This document shows positions 45,720 through 59,024 of a stretch of 64,000 bases of DNA, piece after piece. How positions within the stretch are numbered: position 1 is the first letter of the stretch; every line of letters begins with the position of its first letter. The notes under the pieces were generated by a model, which was not told the DNA's origin, made no database searches, and saw only the letters and a list, made by a program, of their open reading frames with translations. Both the position numbers and the translations under genes were made by a program. This DNA comes from Takakia lepidozioides (lineage: Eukaryota; Plantae; Bryophyta): contig CM060733.1 of NCBI GenBank assembly GCA_030704615.1, positions 44,144,001 through 44,208,000 of the forward strand. The letters are read 5' to 3'.

Positions 45720-47699
45720 GATAGCAAGATCATGCCCAATTTGCTCACCTCAATGTCATCAAGTGGTAAAATGTTGGAAGATGCAGGGATTTCATATCAC
45801 TAGAAGAGAAACCGGCTTTTTCCACGGGTATGCCATCTCACATCTGGCACATTCCACGGCTTTTATCACGGGTCTGTAGACTGAGCCAAGGTGTGGGTCT
45901 AAATATGCCCTAACTGTGGGGTGTCTCACATGTGGTCCACACCCCAGGCAAGAACGGTGTGAAAACAGCCATGAGCATGGCAGGGGTTGGCTTAGTTTAC
46001 ATGGCATGTTACACACCTGTGTGAAATGGGACCATACAATTATTTCCACTGATTGTGGTGTATGGGTTTAGTTAGTACTCCGCTGCAAATGGAATAAATC
46101 ATGAACTTCATAAATCGACCCTCGGAAAGACGAAGAGGTGGTCGTCGCACTTTGCAATGTAAACAGAATGCAATGCAAGCTTAATAGTCCTCATATTATG
46201 ATTGAAGGGAGTCAAATTAAGTATGGCCATATCAGTGCAGAGACATAAATATGAATCATTCAACATTGTAAAATGAAAACAGGGTAGAGCTAGTACATGG
46301 TACCTTTTAAACTTGTTGCAGAGTGCAAAAGGTTTAAAGATCAAAATGCAAAAGGTTTAAATTTTTTTGTAAAAGTTGCTTGTAGGGTTTGCAAAAGGTT
46401 AATTTTTAAAAAAAGTTGCCTATCCCGGTAGCTGTGAACAGAGGGTTGGGACTTAGAGCAAGCGAGCGGGAGGGAGAGAGAGAGAGGGCTGGGACTTAGA
46501 GCAGCGAGCGGGAGGGAGGGCAAACATGCATGGGAGGCCCGCAGTTGGAGCAACCTTCGCATCTGAAAAGCAAGCAACCCGACAAACGCTAGGGTATGTG
46601 TGCGAGGACTAGGTTTTGGCTGAGAGCTCGCCATTCTGGGGAGAGTCAGCTTGGTCTTAGGTCGAGGACAATGTGGTGAGGGCACCTTCTTCTTCGACCT
46701 ATTTCAGCCTATTTTGCGCTCTCATCAGACTCAGCCCTGAATTTGCAGCACGGAGCAAAGCTGGCATGAGTTTTTAAAGATCCTTCACGATGGTGGGACA
46801 ACCGCAATCTCAAGGTGTGGCTTTTTCTTAATGTATGATGTGAAGAAGTTTGTCCATCCTGCAAATGTGGGCTCTTGGCTCCTGTTAGTACCGTGCTTTG
46901 GTATCCTTCCTGATGTTTACAAGGTTCTTGGAAGAGTCAGCTTGGTCTTAGCAAGCCGTGCTTCAATTTCTGCCCGCTCAGCTGCACCGTGGTGGTTCTC
47001 ACAGACCAATCAGACATTACCTGACTACAGACACAAGTAGCACACACAAGAGGTTCTCTTAGGTTCACGGTCAGTCAAATCCTCCATGGGTCATGACACA
47101 AGGTCGAGGACAAGGTGGTGAGGGCACCTTCTTCCAAGTGCATTTCCATGTAGAGGCCCAAGTGTCCAGTGTCATCTAAGCCCAAGTACAATATCCTATG
47201 TATCCAAGTACGTTTCAGCCTGCTTTTCCCTCCCATCAAACTCGGTTGATAGAACCAGGCAGTGGTAACGGAGGCACCTTCTTCAATACATTTCAGCCTA
47301 TTTTCCCTGTTATCAGAGTTGTCCCTAATTTTCATGTTGAATTCTGCAAGTTAGCTCTTGGTGGATCTATGCTACCGAGGGTTTTGAAGTGATTTTGACA
47401 TGTTACTGCCTATGTGGCAACATGAAAGTATTGAAAACAGATAACAGAAACTAGGAGAAGCTCTGGAATGAAGGAGCAGGGATAGAGTGTGGGTTGAGAT
47501 CGAAGCGGGCCGGATTTCAAGCTCCAGATCACCTATGATTCCCTGTGGAAGGATAGCTACAAGAAACCTGCATGGGTAGATGGTCAATTGGAAGCCGCGG
47601 CAACAACGGCACAAATGATCAAATCAGGCACCTCAACCATGACCACAGCTTCTGGAAGAGGATCAAGAGAGGGAGTCCACAATGCCTGTTCTGGCACTT

Positions 47700-49889
47700 C
47701 TGGGCATGTCAAGATGCTTTGTGAGGTAGGCAGACTGAATGAGACTCTACAGACTTTAAACCAATGAGGAATTTCGGCGGATTTAGATAAGTATGTCTGT
47801 CTCTTGCTTAAGTGCATCAAGAGGAAAGGTCTGGAAGCTGGAAAGCAGGTGCACACTCACATTATGATCCAAAGTGGACTCACGCCAACTGTTTTTCTCC
47901 TCAACACCCTTGTCAACCTGTATGTTAAGTGCGGGAGCATCATGAATGCTCACCAAGTTTTCAACATAATGCCTCAACGATCTTTGATCTCATGGAATAC
48001 AATGCTAGAAGGATTTACCACGCGTGGGTGTTTGTGTTTGCAAAAGCGTGTGCAAGCCTGGGACCTCTGGAAAATGGGGGAAACGGGGCACCTTCTTCAA
48101 TAGCACAGCGGCTACAAGTGGGTAGATGGTCAACTGGAAACAGCAGCACATTGATAGACAAGGCACTAGCTAGGATCAATAGCTACAAGAAACCTGCATG
48201 GGTAGATGGTCAACTAAAGGCAGCAGCTGCAACACCACAGTTGATAAAATCAGGCACCTCAACCAAGACCACAGCTTCTGGAAGAGGATCAAGAGAGGGA
48301 GTCCACAATGCCTCTTCTGCCACTTCTGGGCGTGTGAAGATGCCTTGTGAGGCACGCAGACTGAAAGAGGCTCTACAGACTTTAAACCAAGGAGGCATTT
48401 CAGCAGATTCAGAAACGCATAAGTGCATCAAGGTGAAAGGCCTGGAAGTTGGACAGCAAGTGCACACTCACATTATCCAAAGTGGATTCACGCCAAATGT
48501 TTTTCTCCTCAACACCCTTGTCAACATGTATGTTAAGTGCGGGAGCATCATGGATGCTCACCAAGTGTTCAACAGAATGCCTCAACGATCTTTGATCACG
48601 TGGAATATAATGTTGGCAGGATTTACCAAGCATGGGTGTGGTAGGAATGCTTTGGAGACTTATGAGCAAATGATGGGGGAAGCGGTGAAGCCCAACCACA
48701 TCACGTTTGTGAGCATTTGCAGTGCATGTGCAAGCCTGGCAGCCCTGGAAAAGGGCAAAGAGGTGCATGGCGACATCGTGAGAGCTGGAATCCTACCAGA
48801 TGTCATCCTGAATACTGCCCTAGTGGACATGTATGCCAAATGTGGGTGCATCGAGGATGCAAAGGGAGTGTTTGACAATATGACTGAACAAAATGTGGTG
48901 TCGTGGAGTGCGATGCTCGCAAGATATGCACAGTAGGGGCGCGGGATGGAGGCTTTGGAGACCTATGAGCAAATGATGGGGGGAGGGGTGAAGCCCAACC
49001 ACATCACGTTTGTGTGCGTTTGCAATGCGTGTGCAAGCTTGACAGCCTTGCAAAAGGCCAAAGAGGTGCATGGCGACATCGTCAGAGCTAGAATCGTACC
49101 AGATGTGATCCTGAACAATACCCTGGTGGACATGCATGCCAAATGTGGGAGCATCGAGCATGCAAAGGGAGTGTTCGACAATATGGCTGAACGAGATGTG
49201 GTGTTGTGGAGTGCGATGATTGCAGGATATGCACAACAAGGGCGCGGGATGGAGGCTTTGGAGACCTATGAGCAAATGATCTGCAAAGGGGTGAAGCCCA
49301 ACCACGTCACATTTGTGTGCGTTTGCAAGCCTGGCAGCCCTGGAAAAGGGTAAAGAGGTCCATGGTGACATTGTCAAAGCTGGAATTGTACCCAATGTCA
49401 TTCTGAACTCTGCCCTGGTGGACATGTATGCCAAATGTGGGAGCATTGAGGATGCGAAGGGATTGTTCAACACTATGGCTGAACGAGATGTGGTGTCGTG
49501 GGACACGATGCTTGCAGGGTATGCACAGCAGGGGCGCGAGATGGAGGCCTTGGAGACATATGAGCAATTGATGGGGGAAGGGGTGAAGTGCAACCACATC
49601 ACGTTTTGTGTGCGTTCGCAATGCTTGTGCAAGCCTAGCAGCCCTGGAAGAGGGCAAAGAGGTGCATGGTGACATCGCCAAAGCTGGAATTGTACCAGAT
49701 GTGATTTTGAACAATACCCTCGTGGACTTTTATGCCAAATGTGGGTCCATCGAGGATGCAAAGGCACTGTTTGATAAGATGGCTGCACAAGCATGGAACG
49801 TGATGATTGCAGGATATGCCCAGCAAGGTCACGGGATGGAGGCTTTGGATACCTATGAGCAAATGATGGGCAAAGGGTACCACCGATAG
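47700..49889 (+). pseudogene. PLS-class PPR array (about four P-L-S triplets plus a duplicated N-terminal block), no E/DYW domain seen
   Basis: ~303-bp periodic WN.MLAGY.Q.G...EALETYEQM..EGVKP / NHITFV.VC.ACASLAALEKGKEVHGDIV.AG..P / DVILN.ALVDMYAKCGSIEDAK.VFD.M. Stop at 48934 and frameshifts near 49320 and 49605. Confidence 0.93.
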
Positions 49890-49959
49890 TTTGGAGGCTG
49901 TGATGGCTGCATATGTGTGGGGAAAAAGAAGCGAAGGGATAGAGTGTGGCCAGATTTCA

Positions 49960-51090
49960 GGCACAAGATTACTTATGATTCCCTGTGAATCAATAGCTAC
50001 TAGCAACCTGCATGGGTAGATGGTCAACTGGAAGCTGCAATAGCAGCAACACAATTGATAAATTCAGGCACTGCTAATGAAGGCACCTTCTTCAACACAT
50101 TTCACCCTGTTTTTCCCTCTTATCAGAATCGGCCCTGAATTTTCATGTTGAATTATGCAAGTTAGCTGGTTGAGTGAACCTTTGATAGTTTGGAGTGACT
50201 GACTGATATTGCCAATGTGACAACAGGAAAGTATCCACAAACAGGTAACAGAGACAAGGAGACCAGGAGTTGTGGAATGAATACTTTTCTGACCCCAATC
50301 AATGGTGGGACAATCGAGGCAAAAGGTAAATGCCTGTTGGATTACAGAGAGTAGCAAATGCAATTGAGCATAGGAACTAGTGTGATAAGTTGAGTTGGGT
50401 GTTTCTTAGAACAATTCTAGGCTTTCATTGTCAGTTGCTAGCAGCACGGAAAGGGTGAATGCATGATTTGTGCAGAGGCATGGATAGCTGAAGGGGCAGG
50501 GATAGAGTGTGGGTCCAGATTCATTTAAGAGGGCCAAATTTCAAGCTCCACATTACCTGTGATTCCCTGTGGATCAATAGCTACCAGAAACCTGCATGGG
50601 TAGATGGTCAACTGGCAGCAGCGGCACAATTGATATAATCAGGCACTGCTAATGAAAGCATCTTCTTCAGCACATTTCACCCTGTTTTTCCCTCTTATTA
50701 GAATCGGCCCTAACTTTCCATGTTGAATTCTGCAAGTTAGCTGGTTGAGTGAATCTAGTTTGGAGTGACTTTGACATGATACTGCCGATGTGACAACATG
50801 AAAGTATCCAGAAACAAGTGACAGAGACGAGGACAAGCTGTGGAATGAATACTTTTATGACCCCAGTCAATGGTGGGACAATCGAGGCAAGAAGGTGAAT
50901 GCTTGTTGGATTATAGAGAGTAGCAGATGCAATTGAGCATAGGAACTAGTGTGATAAGTTGAGTTGGGTGTTTCCTAGAACAAATCTAGGCTGTCATCGT
51001 CAGCTGCTAGCAGCAAGGCAAGGATGTATGCTTGATTTGTGCAGAGGCATGGATAGCTGAAGGAGCAGGGATATAGTGTGGGTCCAGACT
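49960..51090. repeat. ~580-bp tandem duplication within the CACTA, also related to 47250-47600
   Basis: Recurring blocks AACCTGCATGGGTAGATGGTCAA, TTTCATGTTGAATT.TGCAAGTTAGCT and GCAATTGAGCATAGGAACTAGTGTGATAAGTTGAGTTGGGTG. Confidence 0.8.
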
Positions 51091-53639
51091 CAGGTGTTTC
51101 CGCCTTGGCAGGTTGCTCAGTGACCTTCCCTGGTAGCTTTGGAGTATAGTGAGTGTCTCACAATGCAATGTTGGTTGGTGCATCTTATGTAGGAACTTGG
51201 AAAACAAACAAATGTCATTTTTTGGAGCTTTAGTTTGAACCTCTGTGCTGGGCTGCATTGTGTAGCCTGGCCTCTGCCTCAGACTCAGACTCAGATCTTT
51301 GATCTCAGACTCATACTCAGACTCAGACTCTTTGATCTCAGACTGAAGTGTATTTGGGCAATGAAGCACTTATGTAATTTTGAATTATCGTTGCATCTGC
51401 TCATTCTATCTGTTGTTCTGGCCATGCTTAGTCAGTTCTTCATGTCATGAGCAGGTTGTTGCCGTGATGCTTTGGAATCATGTTTAGGTGTCTTTAGATC
51501 GTGATACTGACCACAAGCAACCTACGGTGAATTGTGGTATCCTCCACATTTATGTGGAATGTCCTACAACGTGGGCCGTAGTATATTTCACACCCGCTAT
51601 GGTCTTATCCACAGTTATGTGGAATGACCTACAGTATAGGCAGTAAAATACTCCACACCCACACCAAGAGTTGCTCCAAAATACGCCACATGTTGCCCTG
51701 ACAAAAATACACGTGGTGCCCATACCGTTGCCCAGATGTCGTCAAGCCATGGTGACAGGCTGTCGCATAATTTTCCCGTAGATGTGGACAAGTCCACACC
51801 CTTTGTACGTCTAGGATCCACGTGGCGGTGTTCGCCAAAGCACACGTCGCCCGTGGAAAAAGCCATTCACCCCGTGAAAAAAGCCACCTGTGGATTCAGC
51901 CACCCGTGGACTTTTCCACAGGGCCACCCGAGAGCCAGGCCGTCCACGGGGTGTCCGAAAGCACTAGTCGTTTCTTACACCCACGTCAGGTGTGGATTGC
52001 GGCTGATTCCACAGCAAAAAGTGTGGAAAAAGCCGTGGAAAAAATCGGTTTCTCTTCTAGTGTATGCTTGCAAGGCACAACTAGCTTGCTCATCCATGAT
52101 TTCCCGGAGGGAGCCCAGAGGCTGTAGACTCTAAGCTCGCAACAATGTTGGTCTGCCATCGCATTTGGGCACTCAGAGAATTAACACGATAGAGATCTTC
52201 AGAAGGCGGCTGCATAATCACTACTCATGAATGCAGCTCGGTTGTAATCACATCTCAAGGTCTTCTTCAAAAGTTGATACCCGGCTGATTTTCAAGGTTC
52301 CAGTCAGGATCCATGATGTAGTCAGCCAGGTTGCCCCTCGCCGGTTCCAGCTTGGGCCGGGTAAGTGGCGAGATGGCCCTCGCCGGTTCTAACTCAAGCT
52401 GGGTCCACCAAAAACTTGGGTGGCGGGTCTCAATAGTACGATACCCTGACTATTACCCGGCCAGGTATATATGTCAACATATATACCCGCCAAACACTGG
52501 TTCGTACCTCTTGCATCGGGTGGTTCAGTAGCTAATCCGAATATCATTTGGAGAATTCACACTGATTAGTGTGCAATCAGAGTGGTGAGATTGTCATTAT
52601 GCTTGTTTACATATCGATTCTTACCACCTTGTTTTCTTTGACTCGGGTGTTTTGCATTGGTTAGTTTGACTCGTATAGTTATACTGCTTTTAGGCTGACT
52701 ATGTGGAATTCTCTGCTCTTATTGCGAAGACCCCCGCATTGAGGGTGGACCAAATATAGGGCAAGCCCTGTATGTGGGGGATTTGCGTTGCTGTAATATC
52801 ATTGCAGTAGCATCTATCTGGGTTTCTAATTGGGTTTCAAGCATATGTGTTTGGGTTTCAAGCTTATGAGCTGATGCTATGGCTAACTTCCAGGGTAGTT
52901 ACTAGTTACTTAATATGGATAGTGACGTGGGAAATTTTGTGATAAACATATTCACATATTTTTCAACTGGCTTGCTTTGGTTTGAGTAGCTAGAAAAGCA
53001 TGCACTGGAAGCAGGAGAGCCACCCATCGTTTCTGACAAACAAATACAGTTCTCTTCTTCATGTTTGTAGGAGTTGGCGGAGATGATATTCTACTCTTAC
53101 ATCTAAATATGAAGACTCCAAGTAGGCACTTGGTAGTCAGAAAGTAACCAGTGACATCCTAGTTGTGTACAGTTGACTGAAACAGGGAAAGGGGAACCTG
53201 TTGCGAACATACAATACTGAAGTCAAATGCTAGCTTCCTGATTAGTCTGATCTTAGTAATAGTCAATAATTTTTCCACAGAAACTGCTGGACCGAAAGTG
53301 ACTCTGAAAAACTTCTGTTTTTCCAAAACAGCTCAGGGCACTCAAGTTAAAGATCTTTGTGTATATCTCTTACATGTACTGAATTGTCACCATATAGTTT
53401 ACCAAATACGAATGTATCAGTGTACGCAATTACCAGAAACAAAATCCTACCTATACAAGACCATCGCGGATCATAGAGCTCAGTTCTTTGCAGCAATACT
53501 CAGCAGACTAGAAATGACTCAATCAGAGTGCACGCCTTTCTAGAGTGCCTCAATCGCCCCCCTATGATAAAGTTGGCCGATTTTGTCTACATTAAAATGG
53601 GATCAAAGAAAACCAAAAAACTGTCCCAACATGACTTTC

Positions 53640-55090
53640 AGCTATGCACGCTCTCTCTTGCGATCTTCACTGCTGATGATGCGACGAGAAAACCCAAAAT
53701 CAATCAAACAAACACCTCGCTGCCCTCTCTTAACAACCAAGATATTACTGCACCGAATGTCCCCATGAAGAATTCCAGATTCATGCACAACATCAAGTGC
53801 ATCAAATGTCGCCTTCACCGCTTCTGGAGTCAAAGCTTTTGCAACCCATGCATCCAACATATTAGTACCCTACTATATGTAACACAGGAAACGACTGCCC
53901 ACTACACAAACATAGTAAAAGCAAGCTTATTATGTCACATACCCATTCCAATCTCATGACCATTGATGATTTCTGTTGCAATGTACACAACTTGGCCCCC
54001 CGCAGTAGTCCCATAGGATACAAGCTCCGGAACATATTTCCCCCATTACTTCCTCAGTTGGTCATAGGCCGTTATCTCAGTCAAGAGAGCCTGTACACAC
54101 AAGATATTACATGAGTCACAGATATACATTTAAAACTTTCACAAAGATGGATCCCATCACAAAAAAGAAGCATCACCTCTGCACGGTCCGAACCAAATGG
54201 CGCAAGTTTCATTGCAACAGTCTGACCCTCATATGTGCCACGTACGATCCTTCCACTCCAACCTGTCGCAAATGGATGCACTGCCAAATGCAAATGTTCT
54301 GCAGGAGTCTCCCTCAAACCTTTATACTGGCTGCCGCTACCGCACGGTTTGTGAGAAAACACACGCACCTTGTATCAGCAAATCATATGAATAGTGGATG
54401 AACCATGCCACATGACTGTCCACTGCTACAGGCATTGACCTCCCAACTTCACCACGAGTGTTAAATACAAACAGTGACACTTACCGAAGAACCATAGCAT
54501 GAAGTCCCACATCATTTGCTTTTCCCTTGTGTAAATCATAATCATCATCATGACCCTCACTATGTCAACTGGCTTGACCAAAGTCTCGTGAACTCTCTTC
54601 GGGACATTCAAACGCTAACCTCATAGCATCTGGACACAAAAAAACAACCCCATTAGCACCTGGACACCTGCATCATTATTAGTAAAATAATGCACATTGC
54701 ATTCAATCGATATTGCACAGTACCTCAGAACACGCCATTACCTTCAGCTAGCCGATTAAAATCCCGCCGGTCATGGAATGCCGTATCCAAGACGTAGGCA
54801 ACTGCGCCTTCAGATATCCGTCAGGTATCCCCCACGGGTTCCACCACGCGACGTACAAGATACGGCTCGTCTAATGATGAAATTATTCCATAACCCAAAT
54901 TCATGTTTAGCATGTAACTGTAGATTTGGTAAACATGCTCGACCAAAGCCTCGGATCGAGGGTATCCCAAAAAGGCCACGTGATTGATAGAACGGTTACG
55001 TTTTCCGGGCCCGGGCTGTACCAAAGGACGGAAGCTTAAATTTCAGCGTCTGTTGAAGCCACTCTTTCATAGTAAGTAAACGATAACCTG
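53640..55090 (-). pseudogene. Decayed REase-like + protein kinase gene (Crinkler/CR-type architecture)
   Basis: QIYSYMLNMNLGYGIISS (REase-like motif); kinase FATGWSGRIVRGTYEGQTVAMK, VPELVSYG, ILHGDIRCSNIL, CLIDFGFS. Introns and in-frame stops. Confidence 0.65.
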
Positions 55091-55868
55091 CAACAAAGCA
55101 TAATCCCTGTGAAAACCCTTACTCCAAAACGAGTGTGTCGGCAACCAGAATTCCACATATAAATAATAAACAACCGTGTCTGTCAAAGGACCCTCGTCAT
55201 ATTTCACTTGTAGACGTGAATCAAATCGAATGAATAAACCTCAAGTATCAACCAACAAAATGACTTGGAATAAAAATAGTATGGGATGGATGGACAACAA
55301 TCACTCAGAATATCACGGTGAACTACCAAAATCTTAGGGCAAAAGTGACAACGCTTCTGGTGACCCCAAACCCTAAGTACTTGAACCTCACTATCAACAA
55401 ACTCAGGCCGCGGAGCCCTAAGAAACTCAGACCACCACAAGGAGCAGGAGCTAGGCAGATAAGAATGGAGCAAAAAGGCATCTAACAAAGTGATGAATAC
55501 TACCAACCAATAAAATGACTTGGAATAAAAAAAGACGAGGATGCAAGGACTACCTGCTGGAGGTGCTACAAAAGCTTTGAAAAGTATGAATTTGTCAACT
55601 TTTAGGTTGGATCTCATAATCTTAACATCCTCCCACTTGTCCTCCATCATACACGGTATTATGAATCTAGGTCTCCAGATGCAAGTTCCAAGCTCACTCT
55701 TCCAAAGAAAATCTTTCCTCAGCGGCCCTTGCCAACAGTGTGCACACGAACGACAAGTAATGGCGTGAGAAAGCACGGAGAGCAATCAGAGATAGGAGAC
55801 CAGAATTCAGAGAGACGACGGAAGTCAGCGCTGGGGTCCTCCGCAGCCCGTACGCCGTGTAGTCATAA

Positions 55869-56140
55869 ACCTAAAATCCAACTAGGAAGTACGACCGTCC
55901 GATCTGATCGGACGGCTTAGAGTCATGAAACCAAACCCTAACGGTGATCGATCCGCACTGTTGGATCATTACGAATCTGACATCATGAAGTTACAACCGA
56001 ATGACTACCTAAAATCCAACTAGGAATTACCACCATCCGATCTGATCGGACGACTTAGAGTCATCAAACCAAACCCTAACGGTGATCGATCTGCACCGTT
56101 GGATCATTACGAATTTGACATCATGAAGTTACAACCGAAT
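55869..56140. repeat. Two-copy 138-bp tandem repeat containing the palindrome CCGTCCGATC-T-GATCGGACGG
   Basis: Units start at 55869 and 56007; perfect 10-bp arms at 55895-55915. Confidence 0.85.
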
Positions 56141-56384
56141 TCGCCCATTCTGTGCACCAATTCGTCACTTTTGTTCATCCAATCTGGTCGTTCACTTCTC
56201 ATCGTTCATCCATTCATTTATCGTCTTGATTGCAATAACCATCCATTATAGAACCCCGTGGCTAGGGAACGGAGCTTTGGATCTATCCGTGTAATTCCAT
56301 TAACGGTATTTAAGTTGGAGATGGTTTTATACTAGGCCTCAAAAGGTTTTTAAAAAAAAAGAAATCAAAGGGATTGGTGACCCA

Positions 56385-59024
56385 TCAATATATGAAACGA
56401 GATGTTTGTTTTGTTTGTTTTGTCACGTTGAGATGTCCCGAACCGCAAGGCCCCAGCCCTGGCACTTGGTACCGTTGGAAAGCCCTCGACGAGGAGGGGT
56501 GCACAGGCTTGGTCTCACGATTTTTGGACCTGCGGTGTGGGAGATACGGAATTCCAAGTACTTTTGGTCGCTGGAAATTCACAAAAAAAAAAGCAAAAAT
56601 GGCAAAGTGGGCATTCATGAGACAATGGTTGGAGCCTCGGCGGGAGAGATATCAAGGGAAAGGTCTCCGGTTCAAATCTGGTCATAGGCTCTGTGGAAAA
56701 AAACTTACTTAGATGACATTGGAAAAAAAAAATGATTAGACATGGATGACTTAGATGACATTGGACACTTGGGCCAACGGCATAGGCTACCCTGGAGGTC
56801 ATACTTGGCCCTAGACATATGAGACACACTTGAATGCATAGGAGATTGCACTTACGACACAGGCTACCCTAGTCAATGTATGAAGCGAGACGTTTGTTTT
56901 GTTTGTTTTGTTTTGTCACGTTGAGATGTCCCAAATTGCAAGGCCAGCACGGGTGCTTGGTGCCGTTGGAAAGCCCTCAATGAGGAGGGGTGCACGGGCT
57001 TGGTCTCATGATTTTTGGACCTGCGGTGTGGGAGATACGGAATTCCAAGTACTTTTGGTCGCTGGAAATTCACAAAAAATAGCAAAAATGACAAAGTGGG
57101 CATTCCTAGGAGAATGGTTGGAGCCTCGACGGGAGAGATTTCAAGGGAAAAGTCTCCGGCTCAAATCTGGTCGTAGGCTCTGTGGAGAAAAAACTTACTT
57201 AGATGACATTGGACACTTGGGCCAACGGCAAAGACTACCCTAGAGGTTGCATTTGGGCCTCGACATAAGAAGCGCACTTTGATACATAGGGGATTGCACT
57301 TGGACTTAGATGACACTGGACACTTGGGCCAACGGCACAGGCTACCCTAGTCAATATATGAAGCGAGACGTTTGTTTTGTTTTGTTTGTTTGGTTTGTAG
57401 CGTCGTTGAGATCTCCCAAACCGCGGGGACCCAACACTAGTGCTTGGTGCCGTTGGGAAGCCCTCGATGAGGAGGGGTGCACCAGCTTGGTCTCATAATT
57501 TTTGGACCGGCGGTGTGGGAGATATGGAATTTCAAGTACTTTTGGTCGCTGAAAATTCTCAAAAAATAGCAAAGTGGGCTTTCCTAGAACAATGATTGGC
57601 CCTTCACGTGGGAGATTTGGAACTTCAAGTCCTTTGGTCGCTGGAAATTCGTAAAAAATAACAAAGTGGATATATCAATATATGAAGCCTCGACAAGGGA
57701 GATTGCAAAAATAGCAAAGTGGGATTTCGGATTGCACTTGGACTTAGGTGACATTGGACACTCGAGGTCACACTTGGGCCTCGACATGGGAACGCACATG
57801 GATACATAGGAGGTTGCACTTGGGTTTAGGTTTCAATTCTTCACACATGGGCCAATGGCACACAGGCTACCCTAGATCTCCCAAACAGTGGGGTCTCTGG
57901 ATACATAGGGGATTGCACTTGGACTTAGATGACACTAGACACTTGGGCCAATGACACAGGCTACCCTAGAGGTCGCACTTGGGCCTCGACATAGGAGACG
58001 CAGTGGGATACATAGGAGATCTTGCTCTTGGGCTTAGATACATAGGAGATCTTGCTCTTGGGCTTAGATACTTGGGTCAACGGCACAGGCTACCCTAGTC
58101 AATATATGAAGCAATTGTTTTGTTTTGTTTGTTTTGTTTGTAGCGTCGTTGAGATCTCCCAAACCGCGGGGACCCGCTGGTGCTTGGTGTGTTTGGAAAG
58201 CCCTGGATGAGGAGGGGTGCAGCCACTTGGTCTCATGATTTTTGGACCGGCGGTGTGGGAGATATGGAATTTCAAGTACTTTTGGTCGCTGGAAATTCTC
58301 GCAAAGTGGGCTTTCCTGGAGCAATGATTGGCCCTTCACGTGGAGATTTGGAATTTCAAGTACTTTTGGTCGTTGGAAATTCACAAAAAAAATAGCAAAA
58401 TGGGCATTCATGGACAATGGTTAGAGCCTTGACAGGAGAGATATCAAGGGAAAGGTCTCCGGTTCAAATCTGATCGTAGGCTTTGTGGAAAAAAAATGCA
58501 TTTGGACTTGGACGACATTGGATATATTACTACTCAATAAATTCATGGAAAAAAATTAATCAGGCCTTGACAGGGGAGACATACATGGATAGATAGGAGA
58601 TTGCACACTAGCTTAGATGGGCCTCGACATTGGAGATGCACATGAGAGATGCTCTTGGATACATAGGAGATTGCTAGATGACAGTGGACACTTGGGCCTC
58701 TACATGGAAGATGCATTTGGATACATAGAAGATTACACTTGGGCTTAGATGGGCCTGGACATAGGAGACACACTGGGAAACATAGGAAATTGCACTTGGT
58801 CTTAGATTTCAATTCTTCACACATGGGCCTTGACATAGGAGACGCACTTGGATACATAGGGAATTGCACTTGGACTTAGATGACGCTGGATACTTGGGCA
58901 AACGGCACATGCTACCCTAGAGGTCGCACTTGGGCCTCGACATAGGAGACGCAATGGGATACATAGGAGATCTTGCGGCTTAGATGACACTGGATACTTG
59001 GGCCAACAGCATAGGCTACCCTAG
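56385..59024 (+). mobile_element. Head-to-tail array of four non-autonomous Helitron-like units
   Basis: A|TC start at 56385 and CTAG|T end at 59024. Internal CTAG|TCAAT junctions at 56872/3, 57350/1 and 58098/9. Degenerate hairpin CTTGGGCC-AAC-GGCACAGG just upstream of CTAG. No TSD. Confidence 0.72.

Larger units (their letters stand above)
45798..52062. mobile_element. Non-autonomous CACTA (Pack-CACTA), 6.3 kb
   Basis: TIRs CACTAGAAGAGAAACCG / CGGTTTCTCTTCTAGTG. 3-bp TSD TAT (45795-45797, 52063-52065). The empty site is visible in hAT copy 1 (~8750). CCACGG/CCGTGG subterminal repeats; no transposase seen. Confidence 0.96.
29777..52499 (-). mobile_element. Pack-hAT DNA transposon, copy 2 (inverted twin of 8317-28589), carrying a MULE-like and a CACTA insertion
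   Basis: TIRs CAGTGTTGGGCGGGTAT (29777) and ATACCCGCCAAACACTG (ends 52499). Perfect 8-bp TSD GTTCGTAC at 29769-29776 and 52500-52507. Reverse-complement colinear with copy 1. Confidence 0.95.

Noticed and set aside
48820-49794. 324-aa minus-strand ORF and similar antisense ORFs over the hAT, MULE and PPR regions
   Set aside because: Shadow frames of recognisable coding sequence on the opposite strand.
47700-49889. Functional PPR editing factor
   Set aside because: Internal stop, two frameshifts, no E/DYW domain, and located inside a CACTA.
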